Positions 11,101 through 20,000 of a DNA stretch of 20,000 bases are shown here, one piece after another. The notes beneath the pieces are model-generated. The model saw only the letters and a program-made list of their open reading frames with translations. It was not told the DNA's origin and did no database searches. The position numbers and the translations under genes were made by a program. The stretch covers positions 1,068,553 to 1,088,552 of the forward strand of contig WELB01000023.1 of assembly GCA_009602725.1 (NCBI GenBank), in the 5' to 3' direction. This stretch comes from Spirogloea muscicola (Eukaryota). Numbering within the stretch: the first letter of the stretch is position 1; every line of letters starts with the position of its first letter.

Positions 11101-14100
11101 TATACCACACTTGGTGGCTTTTGCCCGCCTAGCGCTTGCAACATCTCAAATGCAGGTACGTGTGGTCATTCATCAGTATGATGTTGCAGCTAGCGCAGTC
11201 GTGAAATGCAGATTCCGCAGTTGGTGCAGCATTTGGTCTTGCTATCTGTCAGCACTGTCTGCCTGCAGTTCCCGTTCTAAGACTGAGAGTTTGCAAGTCA
11301 AAGATGATGTTACTTGGTCTGATGATCCTGGTTCGCTGTTCGCGCTGGTGAATCCTCATCAAGACTGAGCAAAAAGCGACCCCCTGCGCAAGTCGACTGA
11401 TTTACAACTCTGCCAGCATGTCAGACAACTGCTGCCAAGTGAGGGTGTCGCAGGCCGACCAGGTACCACACCAGTGAGCATTTACAAGGTGAACAAAGGA
11501 GTGCGGCATGCGGCATGCACCACTTTTGATATTTCTGCACAGCAATACCCTTCTTCACACAGTGCGTTGCTTTTGATCACTATGCATGGTCTCCTCAAAG
11601 CAACATATTTTCCTCAGGCTCTTAGGGAAACTGCACACTTGCTGGAGGGCACTGCAGCGCCACAGGCGGGGGCTACGTCATCTGGGGCTACCTTACTAGG
11701 AGTTGGGTCGTCGCTGACGCATACCGCGACCTCAGCGTCTCGATCATTCCAAGTCAATGCTTCAGCCAGTCAATCTGGTGGAAGCATTCTGAGTGGGTGG
11801 GGACAAGTTGCCGCTCGAGCTGCACCGCTCTTGGAGACTGGTGTGCGCTTGGCTGGCTGCTCTCACCTCCTCAAGGCCACCTCCTGGGAGCTTTATGGAA
11901 GGTTGTTCGTCATGTCACGTTGATTGTTTATCTTAGCCCTGAAAGTAGACTGTCACTTTCCAGAATGCATGTGATGAACTGATGAGTCATGGTTGCTATG
12001 CTGGGTATAGTCATCTAAAAATGGTTTTCTGGAGAAGCATGCTGGCATGGTCAAGGCACAATATTACTTTACTCCTCTATTTACCTGGAATAGGATAACT
12101 TAGCCCCTGCAGCCTGCTTCCTCTGCTCACCTGCAACAACACTTTTTGGCTCCTGCAGCACCCCCATGGCCCGCTTAGGTGCACTAGTCCATGCCACCTG
12201 CTACCAAGACGTTGCCAGGTACAAGGTGGTCAGGCCATTTGCTGCTGCTACTGTTGATTTCGAAGTATTCTAGCATTCTCAAGCAAGGAGCATTGCAAAC
12301 AGCTGGGTTTCTACAAGATCAGATGGCTAAGGAGATGTTCTGGTCTTTGAAATATGTCGTGGAAGGATTTCAATTTGAGTCTTGCCAATTTCCTGTGCAG
12401 AGCTGATGATCTGTGCACGTCATATGTGAAGTTGGCAAAGTACGTAGCCAGTGAAAATGGTCATAAAGGTATGAAGTACAGGGGGTGTCACATATGCAGA
12501 TTGAAGTATACATTGGATGGAACATTGTTTAGGAAGTGACAAGGCTCTTGGGAAAGCCTATTGTGCTTATTAATTGCATGTCATGAACAGCCTGGCTCTG
12601 TCTGCAAAAGAGTGCCTTCTTTGACTTGAATGCGTGTTTGTGTCAATAGCTGCAGCAGTGGCATTGGAAGTTGCCTTGAAGAAGTTCAGCCTGCCTGCCA
12701 ACCGGCGGCTAAGAGTCTGCCAGTTGGAGCTTCTCCATGATAGATCTCTTCACAGGTCCGTGTCTCGTTCAGGATTGAATGGCAATCTCAATAGCGCCTG
12801 CTATTGTGAGTCAGCACTCATTGCAAAGTGCTGGTAGCAGCTGGAGTGCCTGCAGTTGGCAGTGCGCTATGCGGACCTTGACAATTTATCTGCAATTAAA
12901 CAGAGGCTTTCAAAACATATGAGCTTCATGTTAGTGATATGTCTGCGGTGTCATCAATATATCCTGGTAGGTGTCGCTTGACAAATTGTTCTCAATGTTG
13001 CTGTCAGAGGACATCTGCGACTAGCCGAGGAAGCTGTTATGGAGCTATCTGCCCTTGTCTCCGCAACCCCTGGTAGTGACATGGAGTTGAGAGTGGCAGT
13101 GGGGATGAGGTTAGCGAGGAATCTGTTGGCTTCAGACGACCTGCCTGGGGTCAGTCTCAAGCCCTTGCATGCGCAGAAAGAAGGAAGACAGTCGCCTGCA
13201 GTCTTTGTGAGCTGGATGTGCGCTTCATGTCGCCATGTCCAGGACCTGCGTATGGCTTTGCTCTGCAAGACCACCAGAAGCATGTTAGCTGCAACTACAT
13301 GGGCAGTTGATCATGTACATTGCAGTGCTGCCTTTGTGCAGGCGGCGGACCTAGCAGAGAAGCTGTTGACTGATTGCGTCCAGTCTCACTTGCAATTGGA
13401 GCTTGTCCAGGTCTTGATCTTGTCTACCAACATACACAAGGTGAGTCTGATGCACCTCTTGATGCTCTGATGACATGGGACCTGAGGCAATGGCTAGACA
13501 TCAGGCCAATATCACAACCAAGAGTAAAAGTGAGCCAAAGAAGGGTACCTGTATCATGTTAGTCGTGCCTTGCTTGAAGAAAGAGTGCGTTATGTCCATA
13601 ATTTTTGTGGAGAAGGGAACTTGAGGGCCATTGCCTTCACCTTCAAAAATTCAGAGACTTGCATGCCCCTCACTGTAGCATGTTGTCTTTGCTGGCAGCA
13701 AGCGGGCAGTCCAATCTCCGCGCTTCTGTACGCTTTGAATTGTGTCACTCTGAGCCAGTCCCTATCCCTGGACATGTTTGAGGCCGCCGCCGTTGTCCTG
13801 GTGGCGGAGCTATGGCTGGCTCTGGGCGCCGAGGAGGCAGCGAGGAGCTCAAAACTCCTCACATGCTGCTTGCCCCTGATCCTTGCTCACGGCGACCTAG
13901 AGTTGCGGGGCAATTGCCACCTTGCTCTGGCTAAGTGTCGACTCATCAGCCTCGAAGAAAGCAGAGGTGAGACTTGAATGTGTAACAACTGACTCTTTGT
14001 AGTAAGGCTTCTTCCTCGACAAGTGGTCATGGACTTCATGATCCTGTATGTGTAGCACAGTGAACATTGTCTAACACCATTGTCGAGTGGTGGGAGGAGG

Positions 14101-14693
14101 TGTCAGGTTTAAAATATCCTGATCTTGGTTTGAGGGTGGCTTTACTGTGATGCTTTGCTTGAGCCAATGGCTTGACAGCGGGGAAGCTTACAGTGTGTGT
14201 GATCCTGCCAGTGCTGGAGGAGTCTGCTGGCATTGTGGAGCTACTTTCTGTTGCTGCAGATTGTTTTGAGGCTCTTGAGGTGATGTCTAAGCTTCCTTGT
14301 TGCGTATATAGGTCTGCAACGGTTTCTCTGTTGCAACGACAAGTGACGTGCAGTGGAGAAGTATCTGAATTTGAGGAAGCCTCTCTGTGCATTTTACCGT
14401 TGCAGTGTTGCCCAATGTTGTTGTATGTATGAAGATGGGCACCTGTTGCTTACTGCATACCTGGGCTCATCAAGCAGTGGGTCTTTTTTGGACTAGTAGT
14501 GTTGAGCAAGTAGAGTTGACATGTACTTTGTCAGGCAAGGGCGGAGGCGGCTGAGAGCTACTACCTGATGGCGTTGACCTACAATGCCATGAATGACACG
14601 GCTGCTCGAGATGTGGCTGCTGAGAAGTCTCAGTGGCACACCCAGGCCCTCCAAGAAGCGCGGGCTGATCTTCTGGCTACGCCATTAGACTGA
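8175..14693 (+). CDS. APC5: Anaphase-promoting complex/cyclosome subunit 5 (start codon in the gap); at least 20 exons
   Basis: Exons <8175-8268, 8459-8618, 8801-8928, 9145-9250, 9357-9540, 9686-9764, 9931-10016, 10370-10481, 10689-10721, 10919-11155, 11417-11488, 11618-11901, 12159-12218, 12401-12468, 12650-12755, 13008-13149, 13342-13440, 13699-13966, 14212-14279, 14535-14693 (TGA), all phase-consistent. Peptides SPNDLFEFF, STFGHFLRRSIIAFDSLPFE, AHYLHYL..DYAAASNNLHRYFDYS, ALNETVRIAQQNNDETCLAHAL, LLKATSWELYGSTPMAR, VAELWLALG, LPLILAHGDLELR and AAESYYLMA match plant APC5 as I recall it. Confidence 0.93.
8360..8384. repeat. Short pentanucleotide tandem repeat (GAGCC)3(GAGCT)2 in APC5 intron 1
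   Basis: gagcc gagcc gagcc gagct gagct is directly visible. Confidence 0.7.
10722..10918 (+). other. Non-canonical GC-AG intron in APC5
   Basis: Donor CAG|GCATGT and acceptor TTGTGCAG|AAC give VRIAQQ-NNDETCL, gap-free against the recalled plant VRVSQQ-LSNDTCL. Confidence 0.75.
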
Positions 14694-15628
14694 GACGAGT
14701 TTGTTTGAGTTCCTACTGCTCCACATTAAGGGTGGCCTAGGTGATGACTCTGACGGTCCTGGTCAGCGGAGTGATCGTGCATGGTGGTGGGGTATATTCC
14801 AGCTAAGCAAATACTTGTTGCTTCATTGATTTAGCTTGCAGATACTTGATTTGTCTGTGAGTAGGAGCTGTCACTTGGAGCCGAGAGACAGCACTACTAA
14901 ATAGCAAACAGACGTTAGAGCAGATATTGTTTGAGCTCCTCAATAGCTGCCCAGCTTCTGATACTGGACGCTGACGTTATTCAGGATATCTTTGATCTGG
15001 TGCCAAGTAAGACCTGACTGTGGTGTCTTTCAGGTCTTCTGGCTGGGTCTCAACTTGTCCGACTTAAAATGAAGGCGACACATCCAGCTCACATGGCCGG
15101 TTGACGAGATTGCGGGGATGTTGCACAAGTCACATGTATCATACTTGCAAGCAAGCTCTGCTTGTCTGGCTCGCGCTTCTTCTGGCAGTAGATTCCTGAA
15201 GTGCAGCCAGACACCTTAAGATTTTGCAGTTGAATGAGAGCATACTATTGCAAATGCAGCACCTTGCCTAACTGGAGTGCCACCTTCCATGCTGCATCAG
15301 CATGTTCCTCTGCAGCAGCCCCGGGCGAGGCTGCAGGATTGCCCCAGCAGCTCGACATCCGCAGACACAGGACGCTATTAGCACCGCAGTGCCGAGCTCT
15401 CTGAAAAGATGAGGTTAGAAGACGCTAGCAGAGCAGAAAGCTCCACACATAGTGTATCGGCGGTATTTCCCAACCAGGGCAATTGCACCACTGCGGCTCG
15501 TGCCCATGGCTGAGTCTAAAGCTTTGAATAGGTCGCTAACCACCACCTTGGCTGGAGACCTCGGCACGGCACAAGGCGTCATGTGTGGCGGCAGAGCAGC
15601 AGCCGAGAGGCACAGGTTGGTGTGCAAG

Positions 15629-16596
15629 CTACCGCCCACCTCCCCTCCCACGGCCTCTGCCACGGCCTCTGCCTCTGCCGCGGCCCAGCGGCTTGCCTGC
15701 ACAAGAGTGCACAGAAGTCGTAGTCAGCTTAGCGAGCCCGCACCGGCAGCACCATCGGCGAGCGACGGAGAGCAGCGAAGGCAATGAACAATCTGGGTGT
15801 TGACTGCTGCTTTTAGCAGGCTGCGCCATCAGCATATCAATCGAGCTGCCGTGTCGCGAGCGCCCCTGTCGCGTGGCAGCCTGTCCACAGGCGGCCAAGA
15901 GAGGGGACGTGCTGGCCGAGCCCAGGCGCGTATGGAGGCTGTGGCTCACCGGGTGCGGGCTTCTTGGCCTTGACGCGGGGCGCCTCCGCGACGAGCAGCG
16001 TGTCGAGGTTGAGGGAGTCGGGGAGGATGAAGTAGCGGATGTTGTTGCCGCGGATGCTCAGGTGGTCCAGCGCCACGGGGTTCTTGCCCTTGAGCGTCAG
16101 CTTCACCGTCTTCAGGTGCGTGTTCATGCTGATGTCCACGCCTGCAGCAACGACAGAGGCGGCGGAGGCGTGGAAGCCCGTCAGCGAAGACCGCAAGATG
16201 GGCGGTGCTCAGCAAGAAGAGGCGGAGGCTCCGGCGACGCACCGATGATGGTGCCGTGGACCACGGTGCCGTTCTTGAGCTCGATGGACACCGTCTCGTT
16301 GTTGAGCTTCATCAAGAACCTGCGCCCGCAGCGGCGACCACCGCAGCATTGTCGTCAGGCTTCTGTCGAAGCGGGCAACGTTGCTTACGTCTGGGGTCCT
16401 CACGGCCACCATATTGTGCCGCTTCTTGAGGCGAGGACGCCGTTAGAAAAGGGATGACCAGGCAGCGCAAGGTGCGGCCGCCACCGCCGCCGCCGCCGCC
16501 GCCGCGCAGCACCGCCGCTTGCCGCAGCGACAGCCGTCTGACCCCAGCGGGCCTCGAGCTGCGCACTGCGGGCTCGCCTCACCTGACGAGCTTCAT
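15629..16596 (-). CDS. SMD1: Small nuclear ribonucleoprotein Sm D1, 116 aa, 4 exons
   Basis: Exons 16596-16583, 16319-16243, 16141-15950, 15696-15629 (351 nt): [116 protein letters not shown]. Canonical SmD1 with RG tail. Confidence 0.98.
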
Positions 16597-16796
16597 GGCG
16601 CCTCCGCCGCCGCCGCCGCCGCGTCGCCGNCGGCGTTGGCTCTGACACCTCGCGCAGACGGCAGCGCCTTCCTGCCCGCGGCGCGACTTTCGCCAGAGCC
16701 GGCGTCCGTGGCTAGTCGACGGCTGATCTGGCCATCCGCTGTCTAGGGCTTGCGGACTAGCTTGGCCCATCGATACAAAGGGCCTGGTACTCGTGG

Positions 16797-18877
16797 ATGG
16801 AGCCGCAGGAGTCCGTCGCCACGGCCGCCGAGGACGGCGGCGGCGGCAGCGACGGCGGGGGCGGCTGCGGCGGCATCGGCGTGGGGGCGTCGCCACCGCC
16901 GCCGGAGCTCAGCGACGGCGCCGGTGAGTGACGGACTGCCCGCGAGCCCGTAACGGCGGCCCGTCATGTCCGCCGTCGCCGTCGTCGTCCCCATGGCGCC
17001 GCCCGTCAGCCCCGGCTCCCGCGCTGAGCCGCCACCACCGCCGACACCTCCGCCAGGCGCGCTGGCCGTGCTGCGGCGGGCCTTCGAGCGCGCCGCGGCG
17101 CTGCCCTTTGGCAGCGCCACCGCGCTGGCGGCCGCCGACGCGGGCTTCGAGGCCCTCCAGATGTGCAACGTCCTCCGCGCCGCCCACCGGAGGTCCTCCC
17201 GCTGCCGCAACGCCTGCGCCGCGCCTGTCATGGCACTCGCCGCCGCCGCCGCCGCAGCAGGGCCGTGCTGACGGCGCCGCCGCCTCCGCCGGCGCAGGAG
17301 GGTGGCCAACGAGGAGCGCGCCGGCGTCCTGTACTCCGTTGGCAGCGTCATCCGGCATCGGAAGTACGGGTATAGGTGTGCGCCGCGCCCATGTCCCGGC
17401 TCTCCTGAGACGCCGCCGACGGCTGCCCCCACTGCCATGCTCGCAGTGGCGACTCGGTTCCACCCCAGTGCCCAGAAAGCACCAGAAATCTGGTCGAGCT
17501 CTAGCTGGTGGCACGAGGGCTTGTCACACTGCCGTCCGGTATTGGAACGATAATTACTAAGATGATTTGGAATATGGTCACTTACGTTCATTGGAAGTGA
17601 ATCATCGAGTAGTAGTCCCTGCAAAAAGTCATCCGTATCTGGGCATCAGTTAGCGACCTCTACGTGCTGATGCGTGGTTTTGAGCGCGTCAGCTTAGCAG
17701 CAGGTGATGTACATCCGTCGATGTGCTTGCCTTTGTACTTGGCCACTGAGGCCCTCCATAGCCCAACACACTCCAAGCCATTGCCCGTGCCTGCGTGACG
17801 CCTGCAGGGGCGTCATCTTCGGCTGGGACCGGATCTGCTCCCGGCCCGTCGACTGGATGGTGCGCATGCGCATCTTCGACCTGCCGTCAGGTCAGCGCCC
17901 TTCCCAAGTCCTCATTTCCTCCTCCTTACCCTAAGTAAACTTCAAGGAGTCCTTCTCAGAGGCCAGGACCTGTGCCCTGACGTGCTCGGCGGCGGCGCTG
18001 ACGGCGGTGGTGGCGGCGGTGCCAGGTGCGGACCAGCCCTTCTACCACGTCCTCCCAGACGAGGTCGGGCGTGAGGCCAGCCAGCCCAAGTGAGCCGCCA
18101 CACCTCCCTGGCCACAGTCGGGCACTGCCGCCACCGCTCCTGCGCGCTCCTTCCCTGTGCACTCAGCTGCTTAGCGGATCTTGGGGCTGGCGGGGCCAGG
18201 TACGTCGCGCAGGACAACATTGACCTGCTGCCTGGCGAGCGTGTGCGGCACCGCGGGATCGGCGAGTACTTTGACAAGTGAGCAGTGCCTGCGCCTGCTG
18301 CGCCTACTGGCGCTGCCGTGCCGCGCCTTGTGGCCCCTCCAGCTAGCCCAGCCCATTCCATCTGTGACATGTGGGCTGGTTATCGTGCTCGTGTATTTGT
18401 CATTCACAACACTGGCGACCCGCAACGCCACTGACCCCTGACTCTTGGTATCGGGCACGACCTCTCTGGCAATGCTGCAATACCAGGTACAGTGAAGGGC
18501 TCAGGCGGTACATCCCCGTGCTGCACCTCAAGTGAGTGTCGCCGCCACTGCTGCCATGGCATCGCTGCTGCGCTCCTGTGCTTCCAGGGCTTCCCACAGT
18601 CTGGGTGCTGAGGTAGCGCCTGTAACCGTGATGCTTGTGTGCCAGGTTTCTCTTCCCGGACGTGTATGACGAGGATGACCCGGCGGCGGTGCCCGGTGTC
18701 GGCGCGCTTCTGAGCAAGCGCGGGCGGAAGGCGACAGCCCGGGACGAGGACACGGCATCGGAGGCTCAGCGGCAGCGGCAACGTCGGCGAGGCGGGGCTG
18801 ATGACGACGCGGCGGAGAAGCACGAAGAGCCCGCCAGCACTCTGCGGCCTCAGCTTCTGCTGCTCTGCCCCAGCTGA
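16797..18877 (+). CDS. YccV/HspQ-like (hemimethylated DNA-binding, FBXO21 C-terminal-like) domain protein, about 291 aa; start and exon 5/6 junction tentative
   Basis: Exons 16797-16923, 17057-17192, 17298-17375, 17808-17890, 18026-18089, 18167-18277, 18487-18531, 18646-18877, phase-consistent and GT-AG. Contains YSVGSVIRHRKYGYRGVIFGWDRIC...W...DQPFYHVLPD...RYVAQDNI...VRHRGIGEYFDKY...RYIPVLHLKFLFPD, the YccV-like signature. Confidence 0.85.
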
Positions 18878-19723
18878 GACAACGAGGCAGGTGCCACTAG
18901 GCAACCCACGAGTGTGCACGAAGGCCCCAACTCTTTTGCGCTTGCCAAGCCTTGCCTTTGGCAGAGCCAGAGTTGCAGGAGGAGCACAGGTGGCTTTGCT
19001 ATTGTGGCGCTATGCCAGTGCTAAACTTCTTATACAACTGTGGGCACAGGCTAGGAGGCACTGATTGTCTGCACAACCTGCAGACACAAGAGAAACTTCC
19101 CATTCCTTTACTGTCACAAATCCCTTGTCAGCAGGTCAAGCCCTAGTGCTGACCAAGCTGAGGCCGCAGTCACAGCAACAACTGTGGTTTGCGGAGCCAT
19201 CAACAGATAGCCCAGCGGCAAGGCCAAGTCCTGCCAGCAAAACTACTTCCAAAGGAGTCATCTTATGTACAAGAGGAGCCACGGCGGCCGCAGCGTGGCA
19301 GAGCCGCAATCGGGTGGCTGGTACAAGTCAGCTGCTGAACAGCTGCCACGAGACTGTAAGCAAGTGCTTCTCACATGGCCGCAGCGTCGAGTGCGAGAAC
19401 GGCTTGCCCAGTAAATCAGAGCGCATGGCCAAGTCGCTCTCAAGCTGGCTCGAGCCGCCATTAGCAGCGATAGCAATGGCACATAGGAAGTGCTAGCGGC
19501 ACGCCGCCGCTGACTCTGGAAGAGCTCTCCGGCGCGACGGCCGAAGGTGCGGCTCAACAGGCGCAGCCCAGAAGGCCAACCGCCGTACCCAGCTATGACT
19601 GTAACCACGGGGCACGTTGGCGTCTCACTGTGGCGCTGGAGCCGACGGCCGCCGGCTGTCTCGAGAAGGCCGAGGCTTCCGCAGCCGCAGTGGCAAGGCC
19701 GGGAGGAGCCCAGCTGGGCGGCG

Positions 19724-20000
19724 TCAGAGGCTGCCGAGCGGCCAGACCTCGAGGGCGTCGGCGTCCTCCATGGCGAGCTCGTCGGGCGTGGCGGCGGCGG
19801 CGACGCGCACGCCGCGGAACAGGAAGGCCACGGCGGACGCGTCGAGCTTCTCGCGGCGGCAGTAGACGTCCTGCAGCAGGCCCAGCTGCATGCGCCGCTT
19901 CATCTTGAAAAATACCTCGCCGCCGCGCCCGTCCCGCACCCGCAGCTGCACGTACACCGAGTCCCGCCCACCGCCGCCACCGCCGCCGCCGCCGCCGCGC
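19724..20000 (-). CDS. SUMO-like (beta-grasp) domain protein without C-terminal Gly-Gly; 5' end beyond the window
   Basis: Open frame [90 protein letters not shown] with SUMO hallmarks EVFF, QL, YC.R, AFLF.G.R and TPDEL.MED.D; strong GC3 codon bias. Confidence 0.85.
   Translation of the reverse strand, partial: RGGGGGGGGGGRDSVYVQLRVRDGRGGEVFFKMKRRMQLGLLQDVYCRREKLDASAVAFLFRGVRVAAAATPDELAMEDADALEVWPLGSL

Noticed and set aside
11300..11370. Possible intronic C/D-box snoRNA (TGATGA...CTGA) in APC5; similar motifs near 11972 and 14742
   Set aside because: Imperfect box C context, no terminal stem and no recognisable rRNA guide; expected by chance in TpG-rich introns.
15310..15336. Small inverted repeat CTGCAGC...GCTGCAG between the APC5 and SmD1 3' ends
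   Set aside because: A 7-bp stem of a word that is very frequent in this window; not significant.
16743..17624. 293-aa and 201-aa minus-strand ORFs and overlapping plus-strand ORFs
   Set aside because: Shadow ORFs of the GC-rich YccV-like 5' region, with low-complexity Arg/Ala/Gly content and no domain.
19065..19608. 143-aa (+) and 116-aa (-) ORFs between the YccV-like and SUMO-like genes
   Set aside because: No recognisable motif or codon bias; most likely convergent 3' UTR/intergenic sequence.

Overview
Gene-dense, intron-rich eukaryotic nuclear DNA, most likely from a green alga (probably streptophyte, inferred from plant-like MRL1/APC5 and no obvious TGTAA poly(A) signals after MRL1, APC5 or SmD1). 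I spliced the gene models by hand using splice sites and phase consistency; homology calls come from recalled family sequences, not a database search. Left to right: (1) 5' part of an unknown minus-strand gene encoding a DEN-box followed by a D-box, with a (GA)n tract and three MSA-like AACGG elements upstream; (2) an 18-exon chloroplast PPR gene MRL1 (minus); (3) a 339-nt N gap; (4) a 20-exon APC5 gene (plus) with one GC-AG intron; (5) SmD1 (minus); (6) a YccV/HspQ-like domain protein with an NLS-like tail (plus); (7) an intronless SUMO-like domain lacking the C-terminal diglycine (minus, runs off the right edge). Gene 5' ends lie in CpG-rich islands, whereas the long gene bodies are CpG-poor. 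Best leads: the DEN+D-box/MSA gene (possible algal securin/PATRONUS-like APC/C substrate), the non-conjugatable SUMO paralogue and the possibly nuclear YccV protein.
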